The notes beneath the pieces were generated by a model. The model made no database searches, was not told the DNA's origin, and saw nothing but the letters and a program-made list of their open reading frames with translations. Position numbers and translations under genes: made by a program. This document shows positions 33,367 to 44,256 of a DNA stretch of 64,000 nucleotides, piece by piece; within the stretch, counting starts at the first letter, position 1, and every line of letters starts with the position of its first letter. The stretch is from Spirochaetia bacterium (lineage in GTDB: Bacteria; Spirochaetota; Spirochaetia; UBA9216): contig OZ223270.1 in NCBI GenBank assembly GCA_965140585.1, positions 608,001 through 672,000 on the forward strand, in the 5' to 3' direction.

Positions 33367-34641
33367 TCATCTGTAAAATTGCGTTTCATGGGCCCAAAGA
33401 CCCAGAGCAGGATTCTGAATATAATAGAAATCCTCCCCTTCAGCGTCTCTGTGATACCCGTTCTGTTTATTTTCAACATCAAACAAGGTCATCATTTTTT
33501 TTAGATCGGCAAATTTGAATCCTGCCCCGTTTATTTCCTCCCGGGAAAGATGTCCCGGCGCATATGTAATGGAAAATCGTCCCTCGCCGGAACCGTGGAT
33601 TAAATGGGCGGCAGCACTCAGATTTGATGAAAGTTCCCTGTTGTTTTTCACCGCTTCAAGGGTGGCTGGTGTTCCGTGATATCCATACTTTCTGATCAGC
33701 TTATCTATCTCCGCATCTTCTCCGAATTCCTTCAGGCCCGGTGCAAGAACGATCAGCTCTCCCCCGTCGGCCATAGCCATTCTTGTCCGGTAGATTGCTT
33801 TATTGCCGAGCCAGGTACTGCGGAATTCCCTGGGATCCAGGTAAACCACCGCTCTTTTCAATGGTTTCTCCATCATGTTGAAGTTCACCTCTTTGCTTAA
33901 AGACGCCGCTTTTTGGAAGCATTCGTAACCGTCGCCAATAAATAATCCTCTGACATGTAGTTTCCCGGTTTCATCGGGAGCTACCACCGTTTGGACATAT
34001 AGAATGGGCAGATCGCCAGCAAAATGATCTGTTGCATAGTTAAGAACCTTTCGAACGGGGCTGTCGATTCTTCCCATGATCTTTTCCATGCCGTAGGCGG
34101 CTCCCAGGAAGTGGGATCTGTGAATTCCTTCGGCTCCGCCGGTCCCGACGAAGATGTTCTTGTTGTGATTGGCAAAGCCGATTACCTCGTGAGGAACCAC
34201 CTGTCCTATTGAAAGTATGAGATCGAACCCCCCTTCCACAAGAAGTTTATTAATTTGTGCCGGCCAGTCATAGTCTACAGAACCCCCGGATACCTCCCGC
34301 ACGAAATCTGCAGGAACACGACCGAGAGTGGTAAGATCAGTCCGCCATTTATGCGGGTGAAAGAGTTTATGATCCATTCCCGGAAACATTTCATTAATCT
34401 CTTCGCCGGTCATGGGATAATGCGTGCCAAGAGCCGGCATGACGTGTGTTAGTTTATCGCCCAGGTATTCACTTGCAGCTGCCGTTATAAAGCCCGCCCG
34501 ACTATGTAATCGGGTAATATCGGGGGGGAGGGCCAAAACCTTTTTGATTCCCGTATGCTTTTCCAGGGCCGTTATCAAGCCGGATTTTATTTCGTCATCA
34601 GTGAGGGATATGTCCTTTCTTCCCTTTTCAAAGTAGAGCAT
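33367..34641 (-). CDS. LarA (lactate racemase) superfamily 2-hydroxyacid epimerase; putative mannonate/gluconate 2-epimerase
   Basis: PPDITR, ALGTH, VPHEVIGFANHNK motifs; specificity inferred from the uxaC/uxuB/gnd context. Confidence 0.8.
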   Translation of the reverse strand: MLYFEKGRKDISLTDDEIKSGLITALEKHTGIKKVLALPPDITRLHSRAGFITAAASEYLGDKLTHVMPALGTHYPMTGEEINEMFPGMDHKLFHPHKWRTDLTTLGRVPADFVREVSGGSVDYDWPAQINKLLVEGGFDLILSIGQVVPHEVIGFANHNKNIFVGTGGAEGIHRSHFLGAAYGMEKIMGRIDSPVRKVLNYATDHFAGDLPILYVQTVVAPDETGKLHVRGLFIGDGYECFQKAASLSKEVNFNMMEKPLKRAVVYLDPREFRSTWLGNKAIYRTRMAMADGGELIVLAPGLKEFGEDAEIDKLIRKYGYHGTPATLEAVKNNRELSSNLSAAAHLIHGSGEGRFSITYAPGHLSREEINGAGFKFADLKKMMTLFDVENKQNGYHRDAEGEDFYYIQNPALGLWAHETQFYR

Positions 34642-34697
34642 ATTATTCTCCTGGTTTTAGTATATGGGGTTGAGGCCCGGATTGTCCAGCCCTAAAC

Positions 34698-34766
34698 TTA
34701 CGAAAGGTTGCGAAATAAGAAATGAAAGATAATTTCGTTGACACTGAAGCAGGTTTGGTAAATAAT
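34698..34766 (+). promoter_or_regulatory. Divergent promoter with repeated (C)GAAA motifs, candidate DeoR operator
   Basis: TTACGAAA-GG-TTGCGAAA...TTTCG abutting TTGACA (34738), N17, AATAAT. Confidence 0.45.
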
Positions 34767-34793
34767 AGATCAATAAAATTTTTGGAGGAAAAA

Positions 34794-35594
34794 ATGCAAC
34801 TGCAGAATGAAATAGCAATAATTACCGGGGGTACCGGGGCCATCGGCTCCAGTTTTGCCAGAGCCCTGCTGGAAGCGGGAGCAAAGGTGATTGTTATAGG
34901 CCGGGGTAAAACCAGACCTGTACAGGAAGCTGCGAACGCCATTGCCGAAGGCTGTGACGGAAAGGATCGAATTTTCGGATTACAGTGTGACGCTTCAAGC
35001 GAAGAAGAAATGATTGATGTTTTAAATAAAATCAAATCTGAAATCGGGATTCCAACTATTCTGGTTAATGCCGCCGGCGGAAACAAGGGAAAAGCTCCCT
35101 TTATTGAAATGGATGTAGACATCTTCAGTGAAGTGCTTCAGATGAACCTATTGGGCGGTCTGGTTGTTCCAACAAAACATGTGGCAGGTTTGTGGATAAA
35201 AGAGAAAATTGCCGGCACTGTAATTAACATCGCTTCTATGGCTTCTTATCTGCCTCTTTCCGGCGTTTGGGCGTACGGGGCTTCCAAGTCGGGTGTGATG
35301 AACCTTACTGCAGGTCTTGCCAAGGAATTCGCGCCTCACAATATTCGGGTTAATGGAATTGCACCGGGTTTTTTTGTCGGTAACCAGAACAGAGACCTTC
35401 TTTATAAAGATTATGAAAAGGGTATTCTGACGCCACGGGGACAGCAAATTATAGATCATACCCCATTTGGCCGGTTCGGAAAGCTGGAAGAACTTAATGG
35501 AACACTTATCTATCTCTGTGATAAGACTCAGTCTGGATTTGTTAATGGCGTGACCATCCCGGTAGATGGCGGATATCTGATCGATAACATATAG
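34794..35594 (+). CDS. SDR, D-mannonate oxidoreductase (fructuronate reductase, UxuB-like)
   Basis: RBS GGAGG; TGGTGAIG, NAAGGN, YGASK, VNGIAPGFF..QNR.LL, HTPFGRFG; adjacent to uxaC. Confidence 0.8.
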   Translation: MQLQNEIAIITGGTGAIGSSFARALLEAGAKVIVIGRGKTRPVQEAANAIAEGCDGKDRIFGLQCDASSEEEMIDVLNKIKSEIGIPTILVNAAGGNKGKAPFIEMDVDIFSEVLQMNLLGGLVVPTKHVAGLWIKEKIAGTVINIASMASYLPLSGVWAYGASKSGVMNLTAGLAKEFAPHNIRVNGIAPGFFVGNQNRDLLYKDYEKGILTPRGQQIIDHTPFGRFGKLEELNGTLIYLCDKTQSGFVNGVTIPVDGGYLIDNI

Positions 35595-35603
35595 GATGCT
35601 TCA

Positions 35604-37013
35604 ATGAAAAATTTCATGGACGACAACTTCATGCTTCATAGTGAGTTTGCGGAAAAACTCTATCATAAGTACGCTGCAGATATGCCAATTTTTGATTTTC
35701 ACTCTCATCTTGTTCCGGAGCAGATAGCCGAAGATGCGAAATTTGAAAATCTGTATGAGATTTGGCTTGCCGGGGATCATTACAAGTGGAGGGCCATGAG
35801 AGCATTCGGCATTGAAGAGAGATTAATTACCGGAAAGGCTGAGCCGTATGAAAAGTTCCTGGCTTACGCCCGGATGATCTCTCATGCCATAGGAAATCCG
35901 TTATACCATTGGACTCATTTGGAACTGCAGCGTTATTTCGGTATAACCACACTTCTCAGTGAAGAAACTGCTGAGGAGATTTGGGCCGAGAGTTCCCGGA
36001 TTTTGAAGGATGGAAATCTGGGCGCCCGGGATTTTCTGAAACTTTCTAATGTAAAGGCTCTATGTACCACCGATGATCCTGTTGATGACCTGGCGGCTCA
36101 TAAGAGCTGCGCTGCTTCAGGATTCGACGTAAAGGTTCTTCCTACTTTCCGTCCTGACAGGGCTATGGCCTTTGACAAGCCTGAGCAGTATAGGACTTAT
36201 CTTAAAAAGCTGGAAAAAGCAGCGAATATGTCCATATGCAGCTTTGATGATTTGATTCAGGCAATGGATAAGCGGCATGAATATTTCCATGAGATCGGCT
36301 GCAGGGTTTCCGATCATGCTTTGCCCTCATCTGTTTATGCGCCCGCAACCAGAGAGGAGTTATCGGGTCTCTTTTCCAAGGGGCTTAATAATCCCGGATC
36401 TCTTGACCCGGATGAGATTGAGCAGCTTCAAACTGCGGTACTCACCGAAGTAGCGATAATGAACCGTAAGCGGGATTGGACTATGCAGATACATATTGGG
36501 GCTCTGCGGAATAATAATTCCCGGGCTTTCAAAGCATTGGGACCTGATTCGGGGTATGATTCCATTAACGACGGCCCCATTGCGTATAAGCTTTCCCGTT
36601 TTCTTGACGGTGTTGAAGCAGGGCAGGGGCTCCCGAAGGTTATTCTCTACGTTCTTAACCCAGGTGATAACTACACCATTGCCTCTATGATTGGTAATTT
36701 TCAGGACGGTCAGATTGTCGGAAAAATCCAATTCGGCAGCGGCTGGTGGTTCAATGATCAGCGGGACGGCATGGAAGCGCAGATGAAGGCTTTGGCAAAC
36801 CTCGGTTTAATCTCCCAGTTTGTAGGCATGCTTACCGATTCGCGCAGCTTTCTGAGCTTTCCCCGTCATGAGTACTTTCGTAGAATTCTCTGCAACCTGA
36901 TAGGGGACTGGGTAGAGAAGGGAGAATTCCCACGGGATGAAAAGCTTTTAGGTAAAATGGTACAGAACATCTGTTTTAATAATGCCAGAGATTATTTTGG
37001 AATTATGATTTAA
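35604..37013 (+). CDS. uxaC: Uronate (glucuronate) isomerase
   Basis: DFHSH, GDHYKWRAMR, NPLYHWTHLEL, CTTDDP, GWWFNDQ, LTDSRSFLS. Confidence 0.98.
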   Translation: MKNFMDDNFMLHSEFAEKLYHKYAADMPIFDFHSHLVPEQIAEDAKFENLYEIWLAGDHYKWRAMRAFGIEERLITGKAEPYEKFLAYARMISHAIGNPLYHWTHLELQRYFGITTLLSEETAEEIWAESSRILKDGNLGARDFLKLSNVKALCTTDDPVDDLAAHKSCAASGFDVKVLPTFRPDRAMAFDKPEQYRTYLKKLEKAANMSICSFDDLIQAMDKRHEYFHEIGCRVSDHALPSSVYAPATREELSGLFSKGLNNPGSLDPDEIEQLQTAVLTEVAIMNRKRDWTMQIHIGALRNNNSRAFKALGPDSGYDSINDGPIAYKLSRFLDGVEAGQGLPKVILYVLNPGDNYTIASMIGNFQDGQIVGKIQFGSGWWFNDQRDGMEAQMKALANLGLISQFVGMLTDSRSFLSFPRHEYFRRILCNLIGDWVEKGEFPRDEKLLGKMVQNICFNNARDYFGIMI

Positions 37014-37197
37014 AAAATTTTAAGTCGTATAAAGCCTGAAATTATGTTTTCTTTTTAGAGAGATCATCTCTCACCTTTTTCAATGCGGATTCGATTGTGA
37101 TATCTATATCGTAGTATCGGTATTCTCCCAAACGGCCGTCGAAATGAATTGATGCCGGAAAAAGGGGATTAGTTTGGTTGAATAATGAAATGAAAGA

Positions 37198-37217
37198 GCC
37201 GCTCGAAGATGAGCGGC
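37198..37217. terminator. GC-rich hairpin between convergent genes
   Basis: GCCGCTC-GAAGAT-GAGCGGC followed by a T-rich tract on the minus strand. Confidence 0.55.
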
Positions 37218-37227
37218 CCACTTATTC

Positions 37228-37860
37228 TTATTCGGAAAGTGTGCGAGACATGAAAAAATCGTAAATAACGCCGGCAGCATCAAAATCCTGATTGTAGTTG
37301 CCGTTGCGTGATAAATCCATTCCGTTAAAATTAACCGGATCTTCGGTTCCCGTCAAAGTCATAATAGGTATTGGTTTTGCATTCGGAAATTCATCTATCA
37401 GGTTCCAGCCCGTCGTCATGATTATAGGAGCGACAGCGGCAAGGCGATTCTGCAGGTGACAGCTCAATGCAGCTGTCATTGCTCCGCCCATGGATACTCC
37501 GTGAACATACAGACGCTCGGTGTCCCCGTTTAGTTCACTAATGAAGACGTCAAAGAGTGTGGAAAGTTAATCCACAGCGTCAATGTTTTCAATGCCGAGC
37601 TTCTCCGATGTATTACCGTAATAGGTCGTATTTCAGGCGAGGTTGCCATGGGATAGATGATGATTGTTCCGTCCTGATCCGCTTTGCCGGATATCGTCGT
37701 ATATGATAAATGAATGTATTCGATTGGTTGGTTGAATCCGTGAAGGATCATCATAATCGGATGCTTTTATGCAGGATTATAACCGTTGGGAGCATACATC
37801 ATGAATTATCTTGTCATACCGTCGTGCTCAATAGACATTCTTCCGGTAATCTTTCTGAAA
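37228..37860 (-). pseudogene. Degraded LpqC/PHB-depolymerase-type esterase
   Basis: Manual translation IEHDGMTR*FMMYAPNGYNPA*KHPIMMILHG...; after a frameshift IDAVD*LS...RLYVHGVSMGGAM...AAVAP. Confidence 0.8.
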
Positions 37861-38034
37861 AGAGACTGGCTAAAAAAAAATTTGATGATATCAGTGAAGT
37901 TAGCTGTCGGGAACTCATTATAGAGATAGAATTATCTATTTTAGGTTAAAAAAATCCAATTAAACCGTAAAAGGAAAACGTATAATCCCTAAAAAGCTAT
38001 GCTTAAAGTGTTGCTTTTCAGTTGAACATTGGAG

Positions 38035-39789
38035 ATGCTTGTGATTAACCTGGCTGGAAAACCCTTTAATCTGGATGATACTCAAATTGAATGGGTTAAG
38101 AAAACTATTTCGGACATGACTACGGAAGAAAAAATCCGGCAATTATTTATACTTCTTGATTCCCGTCCGAATAAGGATGATGACATCATCCGTGAGACGG
38201 TCCGGGATACCGGCCAGGGAGGCTTAAGATGGCAGGGCGGCGATTCAAACGCCGTTTATGTCCAGAATATCAGCTATCAGAAACATAGCAAGTATCCTTT
38301 GCTGATTGCTGCGAACTGCGATGACGGGGGGAGCGGGGCTTTCCCCGACGGTACGTTTATTGCGACCGCCGCACAGGCTGCAGCCGGAAGCAGTGATGAA
38401 ACCGCCTACCATATGGGGCTTGTCGCCGGCCGTGAGGCGGGAAGCGTCGGATGCAACTGGATGTTTAACCCTGTTGTTGATATCTACCTGAACTGGCGGA
38501 ATAGTATAGTCAATACACGCTGCTTCGGCGATAATGCTGATACTGTCCTGCGAAACTCCAGGGCTTTTATCCGGGGCATAAAGGATGCCATGCCGCATAT
38601 GGCAGTTTGTGCCAAGCATTTTCCAGGAGACGGGGTAGAGGAGCTGGATCATCACCTGGTTATGGGCGTTAACCATCTTGAAGTTAATGAATGGATGAGC
38701 AGTTTCGGCAAGGTCTACAGTGAACTCATACAGGACGGTATTGAAAGTGTGATGATCGGGCATTTTGCTTTTCCGGCTATGAGCAGGAAATTGAAGCCTG
38801 GACTTAAGGATAGTGAAATCCTTCCCGCGACAATATCCCCGGAGATTATAACCGGGTTACTGCGTGAAGAGCTCGGGTTTCAGGGTGTCGTTCTTACCGA
38901 TGCTACTCATATGATAGGTTTATCCGCCGTGGAGTCAAGAGAGAAAGCTTTGCCGCTGGCCGTTGCTGCAGGTTGTGATATGATTCTTTTTGCGAATGAT
39001 TTTGAGGAGGATGCAGGATTCATCAGACAGGGACTGCAGCGCGGTGTTGTGTCTGAGCAGCGGCTGGATGAAGCGGTAACCCGCATACTTGGTCTCAAGG
39101 CGAAGGTCAGGGCGACCGAACCTGATGTTTCCCTGCCTCCCGAATCGCTTAAGGTAAAATGGGTCGGATGCGATGAACACCGCTTCTATGCCGATAAAGC
39201 AGCGGATGAATGCACCACCCTTGTTAAAGACAGCGCGGGATATCTTCCCGTCGATCCTGCGGAAAAAAAACGGGCCCTGCTTGTATATGTTCCGAATATT
39301 CCAAACAGCAAGGCGTATAATGGAGATCCGGTAAAGGATATGCTTGTCGATGAGTTTGAGCGTGTTGGATTTCAGGTGACGGTATTTAAGAACTTTCATG
39401 ACCTTGAATTAGAAAATGGTCCGTCGCCGATGAACTTCGTTAAAATGCTGGAGCCGGAATCGAGAGCGGATTTCAAGGAAAAATACGATGTGGTTTTTCT
39501 TGTAATAAATGTGAAGGGCTACGCGCAGGAAAATAATGTCCGTTTGCGCTGGAGTATCCATCACAGCAAGGAGATGCCGTGGTATATACCGGAGGTTCCT
39601 ACAATAGCCATCAGTCTGAACTATACGAACCATCTTATTGATATTCCTCAGGTTAAAACGATGGTAAATGCCTATGCCGCCCAGCCGTCAAATATTCGCG
39701 CAGCCGTTGAAAAGATCTGCGGGAAGAGTGGTTTTAAGGGCAAGGCCAGCTCTACCGTTTTCTGTGACAGATGGGAGACAAGACTGTGA
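38035..39789 (+). CDS. Glycoside hydrolase family 3 (NagZ-like fold with C-terminal domain)
   Basis: PVVDI..NWRN, AKHFPGDG....DHH, LLREELGFQGVVLTDA, AGCDMIL. Confidence 0.9.
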   Translation: MLVINLAGKPFNLDDTQIEWVKKTISDMTTEEKIRQLFILLDSRPNKDDDIIRETVRDTGQGGLRWQGGDSNAVYVQNISYQKHSKYPLLIAANCDDGGSGAFPDGTFIATAAQAAAGSSDETAYHMGLVAGREAGSVGCNWMFNPVVDIYLNWRNSIVNTRCFGDNADTVLRNSRAFIRGIKDAMPHMAVCAKHFPGDGVEELDHHLVMGVNHLEVNEWMSSFGKVYSELIQDGIESVMIGHFAFPAMSRKLKPGLKDSEILPATISPEIITGLLREELGFQGVVLTDATHMIGLSAVESREKALPLAVAAGCDMILFANDFEEDAGFIRQGLQRGVVSEQRLDEAVTRILGLKAKVRATEPDVSLPPESLKVKWVGCDEHRFYADKAADECTTLVKDSAGYLPVDPAEKKRALLVYVPNIPNSKAYNGDPVKDMLVDEFERVGFQVTVFKNFHDLELENGPSPMNFVKMLEPESRADFKEKYDVVFLVINVKGYAQENNVRLRWSIHHSKEMPWYIPEVPTIAISLNYTNHLIDIPQVKTMVNAYAAQPSNIRAAVEKICGKSGFKGKASSTVFCDRWETRL

Positions 39790-40673
39790 GCGATAAAAAA
39801 GATCTGCTAAAAAACTTCTCTAAAACACATGATTTCCTGGTTTGTATTGACTCAGACGGATGTGCTTTCGACTCTATGGATATAAAACATAAAGAATGCT
39901 TTGCTCCGAACTTTATAAATCACTGGGATCTTCAAGCTGTTGCCAGGCAGGCGCGTGAAGTCTGGGAGTTTGTGAACCTCTATTCCATCTCCAGGGGGAT
40001 AAACCGTTTTCAGGCCGTGGTTACAGCGCTCGATCTTCTTGCAAGCCGTCCAAGCGTCAAGGAGCGGGGATATGTGAGTCCTGATCTAACTTCTTTACGA
40101 AACTGGATAAATCAAACAAAGGTACTGGCAAACTCGGAACTTGAGAAAGTTGTCGAAGCAACTTCTGACCCGGTTCTTAAAAAAGCCCTGGATTGGTCTC
40201 TCGGAGTCAACCGCTATGTGGAAGAGATCATAAGGGGCGTACCGCCGTTTAACGGTCTTCTTCCTGCGATGGAAAAAGCCTCGGAATTCGCAGACCTGAT
40301 GGTTGTTTCAGCAACACCGCTTGAAGCATTGGAGCGGGAGTGGGAAGAGCATGGTTTGGTTGGATCTGTACAGGTTATTGCCGGACAGGAAATGGGGACG
40401 AAGGCTGAACATATAAAGACTGTTATGACCGGACGTTACGATAGGTTGAACGTTATTAAACTCGGCGATGCTCTGGGTGATCTCAAATCTGCTAAAGATA
40501 ACGGAGTGCTGTTTTACCCCATTATACCGGGTAAGGGGGAAGAAAGCTGGGAGCGTTTTAAAGATGAAGCTCTGGACCTGTTCCTCAAGGGCGCTTACCG
40601 AGGCAAATATGAAGACAAGCTGATAGGTGAATTCGAAGATAGTCTCCCTGATACCCCTGAGTGGACTGATTAA
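39771..40673 (+). CDS. HAD-family hydrolase
   Basis: CIDSDG motif I, VVSAT, K, LGDALGD. Confidence 0.85.
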   Translation: MGDKTVSDKKDLLKNFSKTHDFLVCIDSDGCAFDSMDIKHKECFAPNFINHWDLQAVARQAREVWEFVNLYSISRGINRFQAVVTALDLLASRPSVKERGYVSPDLTSLRNWINQTKVLANSELEKVVEATSDPVLKKALDWSLGVNRYVEEIIRGVPPFNGLLPAMEKASEFADLMVVSATPLEALEREWEEHGLVGSVQVIAGQEMGTKAEHIKTVMTGRYDRLNVIKLGDALGDLKSAKDNGVLFYPIIPGKGEESWERFKDEALDLFLKGAYRGKYEDKLIGEFEDSLPDTPEWTD

Positions 40674-40684
40674 CTAACCGCCGG

Positions 40685-41851
40685 TTACATGGGTAGGCTT
40701 TTTTTCGTTTCAGCGGTCATGTGGTCACGGTAAACACTGGGAGGTTTACCTACCATTTTTTTGAAAATACGCGCGAAGTATCCCATGTCGAGAAAGCCAA
40801 GTTTAACAGAAATTTCTAAAAGAGTCTCTTTTGTATTTACCAACAGGTACTTTGCTTCTTCAATCTTTTGAGACCTGATAAACTCACCGACCGACATGTC
40901 GTATTCCTTTCGGAATTGACGGGCAAGATATGGGGGCGAGCAGGAAACATGTTTCGCCAGATCACTCAGGCTCAGTTTTTCATCAAGATGCGTAAGTATA
41001 TACTCAGCGGTCTTTCGAACTATAAAGCTGTGGTTCGAAAGTGAGAATTTATGTACTGCCTCACAGTATGTCAGGCACATTTCTTTTCTTAAATTATCTA
41101 GCTCTTCCAGGGTTTTAGAGCGCTCAATTCTTCCCGAAAACTCGGATGAGATTCCATGAACATGAACAGGAAGCAGACCCCCGCGTTCAGCGCTTAGCCG
41201 AAGGATAGTGTTGAGAATAACGCTTCCGTTCTTGGCTTGCCTAAGGGGATTTTGAGGTATGCGTCTGATCATAGTCTTTGTAGGCGAGAAAGTCTTAAGA
41301 AACTCCCGCATCCCTTCCGTGTTTCCGGTGGATGCGTAACTTCGAATCTTTCTCTCCATTTCATACGACCTGTCGATGATCTCCATGTTCATCCTGTTAA
41401 GATCCTCATGGGCCGGGTTGTGGGTCGGTTCGGCTTCGGCCTGGGGAATTTCCAATAAAACCTTTTCACCCCTTTGATTTCCAGCTAACCGGATCAATTG
41501 TCCGATTGCCTGTATCTCCTTCTGGTTTAGAAGGGGGATTAAAAACTGCATGGCGATGTGGCGTTTTGTATTATCAGGTGGAGAAAATCCCTTTTCAAAG
41601 AAAGGCCCGCAGATCATCGTTCCGTTAAGAAATTTCGCATGAAGGTACGAAAGACCGTAATTATCACGGTAGAGTAGTGCAGGATCATTCGTTTTATGAT
41701 TAAGATCCTTGATAGTTGAAATATCCAGTTCCGAATGGATAGCGCTTAAGTCGGTATTACCGGGTATGTGTTTCATGGTTTTCCCTTCCATGGAGAAAAT
41801 CCAGATTTCCAGTCCGGTAAGCGACGAAATAATCGAGGATATAATTTCCAT
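40685..41851 (-). CDS. AraC-family regulator
   Basis: C-terminal double HTH (YLARQFRKE; LGFLDMGYFARIFKK). Confidence 0.93.
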   Translation of the reverse strand: MEIISSIISSLTGLEIWIFSMEGKTMKHIPGNTDLSAIHSELDISTIKDLNHKTNDPALLYRDNYGLSYLHAKFLNGTMICGPFFEKGFSPPDNTKRHIAMQFLIPLLNQKEIQAIGQLIRLAGNQRGEKVLLEIPQAEAEPTHNPAHEDLNRMNMEIIDRSYEMERKIRSYASTGNTEGMREFLKTFSPTKTMIRRIPQNPLRQAKNGSVILNTILRLSAERGGLLPVHVHGISSEFSGRIERSKTLEELDNLRKEMCLTYCEAVHKFSLSNHSFIVRKTAEYILTHLDEKLSLSDLAKHVSCSPPYLARQFRKEYDMSVGEFIRSQKIEEAKYLLVNTKETLLEISVKLGFLDMGYFARIFKKMVGKPPSVYRDHMTAETKKSLPM

Positions 41852-41966
41852 ATTTGTACGTATTATAATATTGGAGGGAAAATGTCAATAATATCCTTTA
41901 TTGTTAAAAAAAATCCATACAGGAATATGACATTACGTTATATTTGTAAAAGTTAAGGAGCCCTGA

Positions 41967-44180
41967 ATGAGATCGTATTTTGCTCTGCGTGATAACTGGC
42001 GGGTTGCCGCTGCTGAAGCGGCTGGAAATTCTGTACCGGCCTTACCTGATAATGAATATAGCCCTGTCATAATTCCAGACGTTTGGAACAAGAATGATCC
42101 AGGCGCCGAAGGCCGCCGCTTGTATCGATGTGATTTTTATCTTGATGAAATTTCATCTGAAGGTTGTGCTTTCATCGAGTTTGCAGCAGTTGCAGGCGTA
42201 TGTCGCGCATGGCTTAACGGTAAGTATCTTGGCGAGCATCGGGGAGGTTATTCACTTTTTCGTTTTGACATAAGCAGCAAGTTTCGGCAGGGGGAAAACA
42301 CCCTCATAGTAAGTGCTGATAACCTTCGATATGATGATGTTTTACCCCTAGGCGGGGATTTCAACAATTACGGTGGGATCTACCGGGATGTAAGATTGAT
42401 CTTTACAGATCGTCTGCATTTTGATCTTATGCATTTCGGAACGCTGGGAGTTGATATCAAACCCAGGACTAGCGGTGTTGTTGAACTTGAGGTGAGAATT
42501 GAGGGTGCTTCTGAAGATGAGTCCGCCCAGATCGAGTTTTTAATCCTTGACGGAGATGAGATTGTTTGCCGCAGTGTAAATGATATTTCAGACAGCAGTA
42601 AAAAGCTTACTGTTCGCGAGCCGAAACTGTGGAACGGAAAGGATTCCCCGTATCTGTATTCGGCCTGTTTTCGGATTTTGCGGAATTATGAAATTGTGGA
42701 TGAAGTGAGTTTGAGCTTCGGCTTTCGAGATATTGCTATATCTCCGGAGCAGGGATTCTTACTGAATGGTGAAGTGTTCAGGATTAACGGTGTGTCAAAG
42801 CACCAGGATTGGGAAGGTGCGGGCTCATGTCCGACTGAAGGCCAGCTTGATACGGATCTGGAGCTGATACTTGAATCCGGTGCAAACTCCGTCAGGCTTT
42901 CGCATTATCAGCATCCGCAGTATTTTTATGATCTCTGTGACCGCGCCGGCCTCGTTGTCTGGGCTGAAATCCCATTGCTTAGTATGCCGGACGGTAATGA
43001 TGGAGTCAGAAAAAACGCGTCATCCCAGCTTAAGGAATTAATACTACAGTGCAAACATCACCCGGCTATCTGTTTCTGGGGGCTTCAGAATGAGATAGCT
43101 CTAGCGGGAGAAAGCCTGGAGATGTACAGGGGGATGGAAGAGCTTCAGGCTCTTGCTAAGGAGCTGGATGACACCAGAATTACTGCCGGCGCAAACCTGT
43201 ACACGGTTAAGAATAACAGTCCTCTCAACCGTGTAACCGATATGATCGGATATAATATCTATTTCGGCTGGTATTACGGCGAGACGCCGGATTTTGCTGA
43301 TTTTATTGATAAGTTCCGCAAAGACAACCCGGATATCCCCCTGGGTATCTCTGAATATGGTGTAGACTGTAATACTGCTCTCCATTCCGCTTCTCCAAAG
43401 AGAAAGGATTACTCCGAGGAATTCCAGGCCTTGTACCATGAGACTGTTTATCCCTTTATAAAGGTCCGAGAATATCTCTGGGGTAGCTTCGTTTGGAATA
43501 TGTTCGATTTCGGCAGTGTCCGACGGAAGGAAGGACGCCTTGAAGGGCTTAACGGAAAAGGGCTTGTCACTTTTGATAGGAAAACAAAAAAGGACAGTTT
43601 CTTCTACTATAAAGCGCAGTGGTCTAACGAGCCCTTTGTACATATTGCGTCAAGACGCTTTAAAATACGTACCGAAGAAAGTGTAAGCATTAAGGTATAT
43701 TCGAATTTAAAGAGTGTTGTACTATCAGTAGATGGTTCAACGTGGCGGAAAAAAAGCATTACGGGTGTTTTTATTTTTAATGATATTCCGATGCGGATGG
43801 GCTCCAATACTATTTCGGCGGTTTCCGGAAAAGTTTCGGATAGTATTGTTATCATCCGCCGGGAATCGGTAGAAGAGAGCTATGTTTATAATGATCCCAA
43901 TCCGGAAATCAATGTTAAAAACTGGTTCACACTGGCAGAAGGTGAGAACGAGCTTTTTCCGGAAGACCGGTATTCCATAATGGATTCGATAATTGATCTG
44001 AAATCTAATCCTGAAGTCTGGCAGATGCTAAAACAAGAGATCCCGAAAATTACTGATAATGAAAGAACGCAGGCTATGCCTGCAATCAGTCTATTTAGAG
44101 TTTTTAATTACATGAGTAAATACTTCTCGGAAGAACAGGTGAAATCGATCAATAATAAGCTAAGGAACTTTAAAAAATAA
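41967..44180 (+). CDS. Glycoside hydrolase family 2 (beta-glucuronidase/beta-galactosidase)
   Basis: YGGIYRDV, RLSHYQH, WGLQNE acid/base, ISEYG nucleophile, WNMFDF, NGKG (N-x-K-G). Confidence 0.92.
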   Translation: MRSYFALRDNWRVAAAEAAGNSVPALPDNEYSPVIIPDVWNKNDPGAEGRRLYRCDFYLDEISSEGCAFIEFAAVAGVCRAWLNGKYLGEHRGGYSLFRFDISSKFRQGENTLIVSADNLRYDDVLPLGGDFNNYGGIYRDVRLIFTDRLHFDLMHFGTLGVDIKPRTSGVVELEVRIEGASEDESAQIEFLILDGDEIVCRSVNDISDSSKKLTVREPKLWNGKDSPYLYSACFRILRNYEIVDEVSLSFGFRDIAISPEQGFLLNGEVFRINGVSKHQDWEGAGSCPTEGQLDTDLELILESGANSVRLSHYQHPQYFYDLCDRAGLVVWAEIPLLSMPDGNDGVRKNASSQLKELILQCKHHPAICFWGLQNEIALAGESLEMYRGMEELQALAKELDDTRITAGANLYTVKNNSPLNRVTDMIGYNIYFGWYYGETPDFADFIDKFRKDNPDIPLGISEYGVDCNTALHSASPKRKDYSEEFQALYHETVYPFIKVREYLWGSFVWNMFDFGSVRRKEGRLEGLNGKGLVTFDRKTKKDSFFYYKAQWSNEPFVHIASRRFKIRTEESVSIKVYSNLKSVVLSVDGSTWRKKSITGVFIFNDIPMRMGSNTISAVSGKVSDSIVIIRRESVEESYVYNDPNPEINVKNWFTLAEGENELFPEDRYSIMDSIIDLKSNPEVWQMLKQEIPKITDNERTQAMPAISLFRVFNYMSKYFSEEQVKSINNKLRNFKK

Positions 44181-44256
44181 TGATTCTGGTTCGTATTATC
44201 CTTTTGGGTTAAAGAATGTCCTAATATAAGGAGATCTAATTATTTACTATTCAACT

